Positions 35,331 to 47,100 of a DNA stretch of 64,000 bases are shown piece by piece. The stretch comes from Bilabrum cf. latius. Taxonomy: Eukaryota. Under the pieces are notes generated by a model. It had not been told where the DNA came from, did not search any database, and saw only the letters and a program-made list of their open reading frames with translations. Each line of letters opens with the position of its first letter. The first letter of the stretch is position 1. A program made the translations under genes and the position numbers. The DNA lies in the NCBI GenBank assembly GCA_965178125.1, contig OZ237744.1, positions 1,116,001 to 1,180,000 on the forward strand. Reading direction: 5' to 3'.

Positions 35331-35828
35331 ATGGGAATCTGCTTCAGTGGTGAAGAGGAGGGAGCAGCTGGTCCGGCGGAAACCACAAATCCCGATATGA
35401 AAAACACAGAGACAGATGGCATGCAAGTCTCAAAGAGAATCAAAGGTTCAATCAGGCAGGATGACGGCCGACGAGGCTACCAAGGTTAGCCAGCAGCATC
35501 GTAGCAAGGTGGGTTCTTCGGTTCGCTTGCTTCGAGTGTTCCAGAGGACCAGGCCATTAGAGACCCAGGCATTGATGACGATAAAGAAGATAGCGACTCT
35601 AGTCCCAGAATCACGGTGGTACAGGCACCCAAAGCTCTGAGGTAGCCCTCTTCGATGGATCCAGATCCCGGAGACGACCGGAGGGGCCACCGAAGCTCGG
35701 CCTTCGATTCTACGGAGTCCGGCGACTCGGCTTTTAGCGATGGTATACTGCAAATGGAGTTGGCGTAGGAAAGGGAAGCAGCCAGCCTGGCTGGTTTTCG
35801 GAGTTCAGGTAGAAACGTTGAGGTTTGA
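35331..35828 (+). CDS. Hypothetical 165-aa protein with N-terminal MGICFS acylation motif (absent from the ORF track)
   Basis: ATG 35331 to TGA 35826-35828, open except for TAG at 35487, 35502, 35643 and 35766. Confidence 0.65.
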
Positions 35829-35912
35829 TAGTGTCTAGACGCGGTTCTCAACTTTTCGCCGTGAAACCCCAAGCCGCACAACGCCGCCCCCACATCATCC
35901 AGTGTAAGTCGG

Positions 35913-38900
35913 TTACTTTCTCCGCTTGCCGCGCTTCTTCTTTCGCCTCTTCTGGCCCGCGCCACCGCCCGCCGTGGTGCTGCTCCCGTCCGCCGCCACG
36001 CCCTCCGACCCAGCGTTCGCCGGCGGGGCGCCCCTGCCCGTCCTCCTCGCCTCCGCGATGCGCCTGGCCCTACGCCTCAGGTAGTCCTCCTTCCACTGAG
36101 GCATGCTGCTGGGGCCCGTGCTCGAGCTGAGTCCGGGCCCGGGCCCCCCTCCGCCTCCCCGTGCCCTCGCCCCTCCACCGGCCACGCCCCCCACGACTTG
36201 ACCCGCGGGGGGCACCCGCACCGCCCCCCGCTCCACCCGCTGCTGCCACTGGCGCATCATCCCGCTCAGCACGGCCAGCACCAGCGTCTCCTCGTCGGCC
36301 CCGCCCGCCTCCAGGTCCGCCAGCGGCCCCTGCAGGCCCTTCGGCCGGGCCCTCAGACGAGCCAGGGCGCGGCGGGCGTCCTCCTCCGTCGGCACTGGCT
36401 GCTTGTACTCCGGGTCCGCGACAGGCCCCGAGCCAGCACGGTCGGGTCCCCCCGCCGCAGCCTTTGCCTTGGCCGCTGCTCGCTTGGCCCTCAGGGCTGC
36501 AGCCTCGCCCAGCCTGCGTGCCTGGGCCGCGAGTCGCCCCGCCGCGCCCCCCGCCGCTGCCTGCCCCGCCGCGGGTGCTCCACTCGTCCCTACGGCGCCT
36601 GCTTTCGCCCCGGCCCCTGCCCCTGCGAGCCGCCGCCCCCCGCCCCGCATCCCTTGTTCCTTGGCCCACGCCTCCGGCCCCCCTTCCTCCCCTTGTTCCC
36701 CGTACCCCTGCGCCGCGGCCAGGGCACCCTCCGCCTCATTGCCCGCCCGTTTCGCCCTGGCCCTGGCCCTTCTTCGGTCCCTCCTCTTCTGTCCCGCAGT
36801 GACGGGGTCCTGGATGATGGCCCGCTGCACGGCCGCGGCCGCCCTCGGGTCTGCCTTCTCCAGGTCGGCCTTGAGCCTCTTGGCCTCCCTCAGCCAGCGG
36901 GCCCGGTGGCCCATGGAGAATGCCCTGTCCTCCCCCAGCGCCCTCAGGGCCAGGATCCGGCCCTCCGGGTCCTCTGCGAAAGAGAGCAGCGAGTCGTAGG
37001 CCTCAGCGGGGGTCTCCGGGGTGTCATCTGCATCATCAGCATCGTCCTCCTTCCCGGCCTCATCCTCCTTGCGATCACTTGGGGGGGTGCCACCCCGTGC
37101 CTCAGTCTGAGTGGGTGTGGATCCAGACGATGTGCTGCCGTCGGCTGCTTTCCTCATGCCCATGGCCTCAGTAGCTGAGGGTGCTGCGCCATCAGCCGGG
37201 CTAGACTCTGGACTCAGTGCATCGGCACCGGGAATGCTTGCCAAGCTTGGCTGGTCTGCAGTTGTTTGCGCGGGTCTATGTTGGTGGGCAGGAGCACGAG
37301 CGGATGCCGCATGCCCGGCTGCATCGTGTCCAAGTCCACCAGGAGGGTCAGTGGCGGCACTGCCGTCACGTGATGGCGTGGTTGCTGCTACCCCTAAAGT
37401 TCCCGAATCACCCTTCTGACTCAAGTTTCTCGCCTTTACATGAGCAGCGGCAGCTCCACATGACTGGCTTGCTGCTGCCTCACCTTTGGATACCATGTCC
37501 GTAGGAGCCTCAGCGGCGACAGTGGTCCCTTCTTTTAGAGCAGCCGCAGGTGCAGCCGATTCGTCCTCTACGGCAGGAAGCATTGCACGCCCCCTCCCCT
37601 CTCCATCTCCATCCACCCCCGCATCGGCAGCAGAAGACACGCCCTCGCTTTCACCCAACGCTGCCCCACGCATGGCCAGGGCCCGCGTGCGTAGAAGCAC
37701 AGTACCGGGCAACATGCGCAGCTGACGGACCCCTTGCCTTGTTGCTGCTGCTGCTGCAGCCCGATGCCGGCCAGCCTTGCCCCTGCCCCTACCCCTACCC
37801 CTGCCTCCTCCCGACCCACTGCTGCCCAGCGCGCCCTCGCTCGCGTGGTCCACCTCGTCTCCCCTGGTGAACCGCTCGCACGCCTGGTGGATCAGACGCC
37901 TATCGGCACCCAGCACTTGCCGCTTGAACCAGACCACCGGCACCTCCTGCCAGCTCGTGCTGCTGCCCCCTGCGGCTGTTCCCTCCGACCCTCCGTGCGA
38001 GGCGACCTCCCTGGGCTCGAAACCCGCGCGCTGCAGTGCGATGACCCGCTGCCGGTCACCTGCGTCCACCAGCCCGCACCGCACCAGGGACGAGTCGAGC
38101 GCCGCGTCCACCAGCCGTTGCAAGTGGTCGCTGCCCATCGCGACGTCCTCGCCCTGCCCCTTTGCCCACCTCCTCAGCACCCCGAGCACCGCCCGCACGG
38201 CTGCATCACACACCCGCTGGCCCATCTGCACCACACCGTCGATGCCCACCACCAGGCGGTGTGCTTTGGCCCGGGCCAGCTCGGCTTTGCCTCCCGCTGT
38301 CGGTTCGCCTTCCTCCTTCCCAGCGCCATCCCGGCTGCCGTCTACCGGCTCTTCCGCAGTCGCGCCCTCGGTGCCACTGCCAGTGCCAGCGTGCTCGCCC
38401 GCCCCCTCACTCGCTGTGGCTGCGTCTGATGCATCCTTGAACCCCCCCTCCCCACTCGCACCCCGCCCCCCCTGCTCCCCAAGCCAGTCCTCGAACGGCG
38501 CCGCCGTGCCATCTGCCGTGAACTCTGCCGCGCTGCGCACCTGCCCCCTCGCCGCGATGTGCTCAAGCAGCCCCCGGATGAACCCGTGCTGGCTCACTGT
38601 CTCGCTGTCGCACAGCAGAGCCACGTGCCTCCTGGCCCTGGTCACCGCGACGTTGATCCTCCTGTCGTCCGACAGGAATCCCACATTGCCCTCCTCGTTG
38701 CTCCTCACCAGACTGAGCACCACGGCCTCCTTCTCCTGCCCCTGAAAGCCGTCCACGGACCGCACCTCGGTGCCCACTGTCTCGGGGTGTGCCGCCAGCA
38801 TGTCTCGGATCAGGGCGACCTGCGCGTTGTACGGCGATATCACCGCAATCTAACCCCCGCGCAGTCCCGCGCGAACCAGCACCCGCACGTACCCGGCTGC

Positions 38901-41408
38901 TAGCGCCGCCTCCTCCCGATTGCTCTTGGACTCGCCATCTCCACCCATGTCGCGCATGTCGCAACCAGCCGTGTCTATGGTCAGCATGGGGCACGAGCAG
39001 AACTCGCGGACCTGCTCCAATGGGTCGCTGCCCGCGGGCCATGCCATGGGCTGCTCTTGGGAGTGCCCCGCTGCAGCACCACTCCCGCCGGTGCCTCCAC
39101 CCTCTCCGCCCTGCCCATCGATATCCAGCCCCAGGGCAGCCTGCACGCCCTCCAGCCCCGTCAGGACGTGCGCCCTCACCGACGCGTGCGGCTGCAGGTG
39201 GCCGTGGTACATTGCCCTCGAGGACCAGTCGCTGATGTGCCTGTGCATGCGATACTACGTGTCCAGAAGGCACACAGCACCCTCGTGCCCCGCCCACCGC
39301 CGGTGGAACCGGTCCACCATGGTGATCCCCAGCCCCAGCTTCTCCGCCTCCTGGCTCGTGATGGTGGGCGGCAGCTGCTTGTGGTCCCCTGCGAGGATCC
39401 CCCTCCGGCCCAGCAGAAGGGGGATCCAGCACGCGACCTCGGTGGCCTGCGCTGCCTCGTCAAGCACCACCACGTCGAACAGCTCCGGCTCGGGGGTACC
39501 CTCCCCATCCCCCGCACCTCCACCCGCTGCCTCGGCCTCCGCTCTCTGCCGGGCCAGCCGACGCGCCCTCCTGGAGGCAGGGTGCCCGATGGCGTCCATG
39601 ACTGCCCCCTGCGAGGCGCCCGTCATGGTGCACAGCACCACGTCAGCGCCCAGGATGACCTCCCTCGCCGCCTCTTGCTCCTGTTCCCTCACCTCCCGCC
39701 TCAGCCGCCGCACCTCCTTCCAGGCCTCTTTCTTGCCGCCCCCCTTCTTCTGCCACTTCTTCGGCCAGTCACCTCCTCTTCCTGTCTCCTCGCCCTCCCC
39801 TTCGCTGGCCCCCGGCCTCTTTTTCTTTTTCTTCTTCTTGTCCAACCCCAGCGCCTCCCTGCGGGCCTCCCTCAGATCTCGCCGCGCGTCTCGGAGAACA
39901 ACCGCGCCGTCCTCTCTCTCCAACACGGCATCCAGAGTCAGCTCCCGGGCCGAGACTGACACCCTGGCGGGGTGGCCCACCCGGAGCAAACGAGGCTTCC
40001 GGGGTGCGCTGGGGCCGCCACTGCCTCCGGGAGCCTCGTTTGCTCCCGCCAACGGGCCTGCTGCAGGGGACGCGCCTGCCCCACCGTGTGCAGCACCACC
40101 CACCATAGTACTGCCACTGCCACTGCCACTGCCACCGCCACCGCCCTCATCCTCGTCCTCGCCCGCCTCACCGCTGCCGCTGCCTGGGAGCTAGGGTAGC
40201 ATCGGCAGGTCGGCCAGCCTCTCCGCGAGGTTGTCCACCGCCACGTTCGAGGGGGCGCACGCCAGCACCCTGTTCCCTCGTGCCACCAGCTGGGCGATAA
40301 GCTCCACCAGCGTGCTGGTCTTGCCGGTGCCCGGGGGCCCGTGGATCAGCACCAGGTCCTCCGAAGCGAGCCCGGCCTGGACGGCCCTGCGCTGGGACGG
40401 GTTCAGGGTCTCGCGCTGGGGAACAAACCGGCCCGCTTCTGCCATGGAAGCACTCGTCACACTTGGCACGGGCCTGTGCCAGGAAGAAGACGCCCCCGCA
40501 GTGCTAGCGGATCCCGCACCTGCGCTCGGCAGCGACGGGGGCGACGTGGGCGAGGCAGCGCGGGCTGGGATTGGAGGGCATCTGTCCCCTGCCCCTGCTG
40601 CTGCCCCTGACGTGTCACCCGTCGTAGCATGGGCCTGCCCCGTGCTGCCGAACATGAGGTCCACCACAGGCTCTGCCCCCAGCCAGTGCCTGTTCCCCAG
40701 GGCGGAGAGGGCCGCCTCGCACCGGCGGAGGGTGACGTCGTTGGAGAGGGTGTCCAGCCTGTACTTGGCCCCGAACTCGATCGAAGAGGACGAGGACATC
40801 CCCTGCCGCTTGCGGCCTCCCCTGGCGCTCTTCCGGGAGATTGTTTTGCCGCTCGCGCTGGGACCGGGGCCAGCCGCGGCGCCGCCCTCGTCACCATCGC
40901 CATCGTCGTCGAATGCAACGCTGATGCTCGTGTCGGTGCATCGCGAGACAAGGCCGGTCGCGACGACCTTGCCGGCGCCGGGACCATCAGATCCACGAGT
41001 GCCCCTACCTTGGCGCTTGCTGCCCGATTCGTCCCTGCTGCCGTCGGCAACACGCACAGAGACCAGGTCGCCGTCACGAAACTTGTTTGGCGGGAGCGGG
41101 AGCTCGGCGCCCGCTGCAACGCTAGTGTGCTTGAATTCGACGATCGTCCTGCCAAACAGGCCTATGGACGTGTCGCACGCTAGTACCTTTGGCAAGCACT
41201 TGCCGCTGGCGGTCAGCTCTTCTTCTGATTTGAGTTCTGCATATCGCCGGGAGGTCTCCAGCTCTTCCTCGTGCTCGCGGTGGATTAAATCGCGGTGCAA
41301 TTTGACCCACGCTCCCAGCGCGGCATCACGATCTTCTCCATCTGCCCACCTTATTCGCTCTAATTCGCGTTCTCCAATACTTTTCGTTGCAGCACTGGCG
41401 GTGCTCAT
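35913..41408 (-). CDS. IGHMBP2: IGHMBP2/SMUBP-2-like Upf1-family SF1 helicase
   Basis: [59 protein letters not shown] and [14 protein letters not shown] at 40191, 39255 and 38850. Ends TAA. Confidence 0.92.
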
Positions 41409-41892
41409 GTTGAGCTCTGGCAGGTCGCTGGAACAGTACCCAATTCGGAGCTAGGGTTAGAGGGGACTGTTGTTACAGCGAATTAGAGAAATAAGTATCA
41501 ACGAAGAAACCAGAGTGCACACCACGGATGGTGCTTGTTGCTTCCGATTTCAGAAGTGGACGAATGATGAGGAGAAACAATGCAACCCCCGGCAGCAACA
41601 CGAGCAGCTTCCAGAGAACTTAAATCAAGCTAAAATAAGTCTTAACTGGAGGAATAATTTGTGTCGAGGATTGACCAAGCATCACAACGAAGGGCTGCAT
41701 GGCAGGCCGCCCCGGGAGCAATCAAGCACACGGGGCATTTCGTGCCGGTAGAATGCGCAGCCACTTATCACGAAGATGGATCAGAGTGCTGCAGCAAGCT
41801 TTCCCTCTCCCGTCTTCCCAACCGCACTTCTCGCCCTGCTCTACCACCGCAAACGCAACCCCACATTTACAGGCCGCCTGCCTGCCCCGTGC

Positions 41893-43951
41893 TTACTTCG
41901 GAGGGGGCTTGAAGGTCGGCCTCGAAGGCACAGAGGGCATCGGGGGCATGGGAGGAGGCCCACCGGGGGCCACAGGGGGCGGGGGCATCCCACCACCCGC
42001 GGGTGCAGGGGGCGGCACCTGGGCCGGCGGGGCCGACTTCTTGCCCAGCCGCTTGCGGCCCCTGGGCGCGGGAGCACCGCCCGCAGAAGGGGGCGCGCCG
42101 GTGGCACCGGGGGCCGAGGGCGGGGGCGGCATGGACCCCCCCCCAGCCACAGGAGCTGCCGGTGGTGGCCCGCTGCCCACCGTCTGCTTGAGGCTCTTCA
42201 GGGACCCAAGGCCGCCCCGGCGCTTGCCCCCGGCAGGGGGGGGCATAGAGACACCACCCCCGGCTGGGGGCGGCGGCAGCTTGCTACCACCGGCCGCTGG
42301 GGGGGGAGGCAACGAACCACCCCCGGCTGGGGGCGGCGGCAGCTTGCTACCACCGGCCGCTGGGGGAGGAGGCAACGAACCACCCCCGGCTGGGGGCGGC
42401 GGCAGCCTGCTCCCACCTGCAGCAGGTGGGGGTGGCAGGGATGCACCCCCAGGTGCGGGGGGAGGTGGCAAGGAACTGCCCCCGCCCGCCCCACCTGCGG
42501 CAGCCCCGGCAGCCGGGGGCGGCCCCGCCCCCACCCCGAAGCGCGCCCTAAGCCGCTCCACCCTCTCGTCGATGCCCGAGCCCGTGAGTCGCTGCAGGTC
42601 AGAGACCCAGCTGTCTCGGGCGCCCTTCGCATCCGCGCACAGGCGGATGGAGTGCTCCCCGCTGCGGATCTTGAGCGCGTTCCGCACGAGGCCCTGGTTG
42701 CTGAGAGATTCCACTGCGGCGCCCTTGAGAGCCAGAGAGGCGTCGATGGCATACCTACCATCCTCCTCCTTCATGCCAACCAAGAGCATGTCGCTGAACA
42801 GCCATACGCGGCTCTTGCTTCGGGGGCGTGTCCTGCGAGAACGGTCGTGATTAATACAGGCAGAGGCGGCAACAGACGTGCTCTTGCGGAGCAGCAGATC
42901 GCGACAAGGGAACCGTGCGATGGCCGCAGCGCTCCCCGCGGCTTTCATTAAAAATAACTCACTCTGCATCCGTGAGACACACGCCGAGCGTTCCATCCCG
43001 GACCATCGATCGCAACGCATCCGTCAATACCACCCGCTCGCCCTCGGTGCCCGCCCAGTATGAGTTTTGCTCAATATCAAGCAACCTTTCCAGCTCATTA
43101 ACAGTCTCAGCAGCGTCCTCAACGCGTTCAAACAGGTCAGTGACAGCTGCTTCCTTTTCGGGTGCTTTCACAGATGTCCACGCGACGGCTTGCTCCATGA
43201 ACTCCTGGTACGGCTGCAGAGAAGACCCCGGCGAGATCAAGAACGTCTGCGCTTCCAAAAAGGACGTGTATTACTACTCAAAACTGATTTCAAGATTGGT
43301 GGCTCGGTCGCTCGGGCGGAGGAAAGAGAAGGGATCAGGGATCATGCCGCTTTGTGGGTGAGCTGTTGCTTTTTTTGCCAGTGGCTGGTAACCAGCGGTG
43401 CAGCACAAAACCCAGCTCGAATAGCAGCCTTGCATTGTCAGTCAAAAACTAAGCACTAGCAGAGGACAGCTGATGATTGCGGCGCGGGCAAACAGCAAAG
43501 CAGATGCCACGTAAAACATGTGCGCTGGCAGCTGAACGGCACCCAACATCATCGCATCTCTCACCTGGAAGTCATCAAAGCTGACTTTCATTGAATCAAG
43601 ATCAGCTTGAAAGTCGTCTTTTTCCTTAACCTTGTATGTCTGTTGCATGGCAGCACCCACAAGTCCGGCGAACTGCTCCACGGTCGAGAGCATTCGTGTG
43701 ATCTCTCCCATGAGCATATCCAATACCGATTCATCCACCGCATACTTGACCCATTCCATCGCGGTCTTCATGAACTTTTCTCGGGCTTGCAGTACCTGGT
43801 GGAAATTCATGAAGAAAGCAGGGTTTTCAGCACTAACAGCCATAAGTAGCCGCATCATCTCCTTCGACTGATCTACGAGTTTTGGCACAGTTTCAGACTC
43901 CCTGGCGGTGAGCCGGTCGAATGCTCCATCAACATCAATCTCCTCGGCCAT
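41893..43951 (-). CDS. DH(RhoGEF-like)-PH protein with a polyproline C-terminus
   Basis: Spliced DDFQ|TFLISPGSSLQPY..AETVNE resembles the DH C-terminus and RVWLFSDMLLVG..W resembles PH. Introns about 43250-43564 and 42833-42962. Ends TAA. Confidence 0.7.
42254..42410. repeat. 63-bp coding tandem repeat (~2.5 copies) encoding polyproline units
   Basis: The unit ccacccccggctgggggcggcggcagc... recurs at 42254, 42317 and 42380. Confidence 0.9.
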
Positions 43952-44140
43952 GCTGCCCACTCGCGGGCAGCTAGATGTTGCTTACAGGTGGGGATTCGCC
44001 GTTCGTCTCGCCCCCGTGTTCGCGCTATCAAAATGCACCTTACAAAAATATCAACGAACGCTGCGCGGGGGACAGAGATTAAACAACAGTCAGTGCTGTT
44101 CTCTAAAGCAGGGACGACACGCTTCACATTCAACAGATTT

Positions 44141-47100
44141 TTAATACTACAACGGGGCGTCTCCACCACTCGAATGGATGCCGCTCTCCGCCATCGCGGG
44201 CTTCACGTCGCCCGTCGCAACCGCAGGTGCGGGACTCGCCGGAGCGCCCTTGCGCGCCGCACGGGGGCCGGGATTGGCAGCCCCTATCGCTGCTATCCTC
44301 CTCCTCCGCTCCACCTCCCTGGTCTCCCACTGCCGCTGCAGCTGTGAGGCCAGAGGCAGGAGCGGGGTCTGCCTCCCAGGCCTCAGGTCGCCCCAGGGAA
44401 ACCCCTCGGGGTCCTCCGCCACCCGCCGCAGCATCGGGTCCGTGGGAGCCTGCGCACTCGTCACACATGATTGGCCTCCAGCAGGGAGTCCAGCACCGGG
44501 GGGGCTGATCTCCTGCACCCTGCCCCCGCTGTCCAGCAGGATCAGCCGCGGGAGCGTGGAGCCACCCTGCGGAACCTGCCCCGGCCCGGGCCCCGCGCGG
44601 CGCCGGGAGGCCCCCCTGAAAGCCTCCTGCATGTCGATCCCCAGGGCGGCGCACAGGTCCAGGGCCAGACGCGCGTCTGCGTACGGAACCATGGGCCACT
44701 CGGGGGGAACACCGTCCAGGAACTCCTCCGTGAGACGGCGCTCGGCGCTGACCCCGGCTGCGTGCACGTCCAGGGGCAGCACCAGCAGCCGGACTGTGGC
44801 GGGCGGCCGGGACAGTGGGGGCAACCTACTCCTGCGGCCCTTGTTCCCCGAGGCACCAGTTGCACTGCCTTGCGGTGCCCTCGTTGTCACCCTGGCGCCT
44901 CCAGACCCACCGAGCGCTCCCGTGGCTGCCCCTGCCCCCGCCCCCGCGTGCAGATGGGATGCCCCCACGATGGGGAGGGGCTCCAGGGGTCTCCTCGCGG
45001 GCCTCCGCTCTGTCCCCGCCCTGGGGACAGGCTCACCGTACTGCAGTAGTGCCTCCCTCCTCGCCCTCGCCTCCTCGTCCCAGTCCTTCTCCTCCTGCAC
45101 TCGCTTCGATGCCATGGTCAGACGAGAGTCCGCGTGCCGGAGGGAAGTGGCGCGGTCTGTCCCATGGGGGAGCGGCTGCCTACGGGTATCGAACCCGGGA
45201 CCGTGCGTGGAGATTCCTTGGACAAACGCCGCGCCCTCTGGGCTCCCCTTGGCGACAGCCTCCGCCTCCGCCTCGGCCTCGGGGCGTGAAACATCGGCCT
45301 CGAGTGGGGCGGCGCTGCTGCCGCTGCTGTGGCTCGCTGGGGACCGGTGTACCGCCCGTCTGGTGCTGGCGCCAACCGGATCGAAAGTACCGGCTGCTGC
45401 ATCGCCCGCATCGGGACCAGGGGGCCCGTCTCTACTGCGAGCGTACTGCGTTGCGCCGCCCGCTCTCGGGAAAGCGTCCAGGTCGTTGGGCATGGGAGCG
45501 GGGGGATCCACGGGAGGGCGGGTGAAGAATGCCCTAAGGAAGCGGGCTTGTTCCCTGGGGTCTCGCACCCGAGGGACTTCCTGTGCTTGTTCCCCAATGA
45601 CGTGGAGCAGCACCACTTCCTCGTCGTCCGCCTCTACTTCCTTGCCCCGCCCCTCCCCGGCATGCAGCCCGCCCGCACTCAGTCCAGCCTCCATGCCAAA
45701 CCCGCTCAGTCCCGCAGCGCGCACCCCATCAGCGCCTAGCCCCATCTGCAGCTGAGGCACGCTGAACTAAGGGGCCGCGTCGGTGAGCGGAGACAGCCTG
45801 CTGGCAGGGAAGCTGCTCCCCTGCTTCCAGCTGTCAGACCCAGGCCCCTACTTGCCGTGCACTGGATCGTCAGGCCCTTCATCCAAATCATCGCCTTTGC
45901 CATGGCCGTGCGGGCTAGTGGCGGTGCTGCCAGCCCCGTTGACCGGGCTACCATCCGTTGTCTGCAGCTCCCCAGTCCGGCCCATCCTCAGCTCTCCCGG
46001 AGAGCTGAGAGCCGCGCCCACACCACCCTTGCCAGCCGCCTAGCACCCTTTCTGCTCCGAGTCCCCGGGGCTCCTCGGCCTGTGCACCAGCGGCAAGCTC
46101 CCGTGCATGGCCTCCTCGCTCGGGTCGTCAAAGCCCTCCTCCCCGGCCGCCAGGATGGCCAGCTCGTAGGCGCGCCTGGACGGGAACTGCGGCCCGCCGT
46201 CCGAATCGAGCTCGGGCACGGCTGCCTGAAACGCCCTGCCCACCCTTGGCCTCTTGCGCGGGATCCTGTCCTCCGCCAGCGGCACCTCCGCCAGCAAGCC
46301 CTCCTCAAGCCGGCGCAGCTCGCCCCCGTGGATGGCAGCCGGCATGCGAGGCAAAGGGCCGCCCGCCACGCCCGTCACGCTCCCCGTGGCGGTGGAGGCC
46401 ACGCCGCGAGGCAGCCGGTGCAGCTGCAGCTGGGGCCCCGAGTGCGAGGCAGTGGGCCTGCCCTCCGCGAGAGACACGTCCAGGCGGTCATCCGCGGCAT
46501 AGCCCCGGCCGTCAAACCTGCCAGTGGCGGACAGCGACAGGGAGCCGATCTCCCGCCGCACCTCGCCAGGGGCCGACTCCTACGCGCGGCCTTCGAGGAG
46601 ACCCGAGAGACTCTTTGAGTCATCGGGACCGGCATCATCGGCAACCTATGCGCCCTCAGTGCCAGCAGCATGCCCCGCGGCTGCCTCCCGCACCGAATCG
46701 GTCGGTCCAGCAGGCTGCTCTGCTGCACTAGTGCCTCCATCCCCACCGCTGGCACTGGCCCTAGCCTGTTCTCCGCTCGGCAACACCCCCGTGTCGAACG
46801 CGGTGCCTGCCTTGCAGGGCACGCCATCGGTGGCTGCTGCCGCCGCCTGCAGCCGCCTTTGGTCGAGCCTTGCGCGGCTCTCGGCTGCCGCTCGCAGCGC
46901 CTCATCCGGCGTCCTCTCCGCCATCTGGGACCGCAGCTGCGCTGAGAACATCCGAAGCATCTCCCGCAGGTGCCTAGTTTCCTTGCCCCGTATGCGGAGG
47001 TCCCCATACATGGCTCTGTCCTCATCTGAGATCGGCACCAGGCCAGCAGACGGGGGGGCGTGCGCTCCACCGGCGGGGTCGGCGCTGGACCCGCTGCCCA

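Noticed and set aside
39255-39257. Pyrrolysine or selenocysteine recoding
   Set aside because: TAGs are numerous, occur in unrelated proteins and align with Gln. UGA behaves as the main terminator.
43265-43280. In-frame TAG-TAA suggesting that UAA is also reassigned
   Set aside because: It lies inside the predicted intron 43250-43564, upstream of a pyrimidine tract and the GCAG acceptor. Splicing gives DDFQTFLISP.
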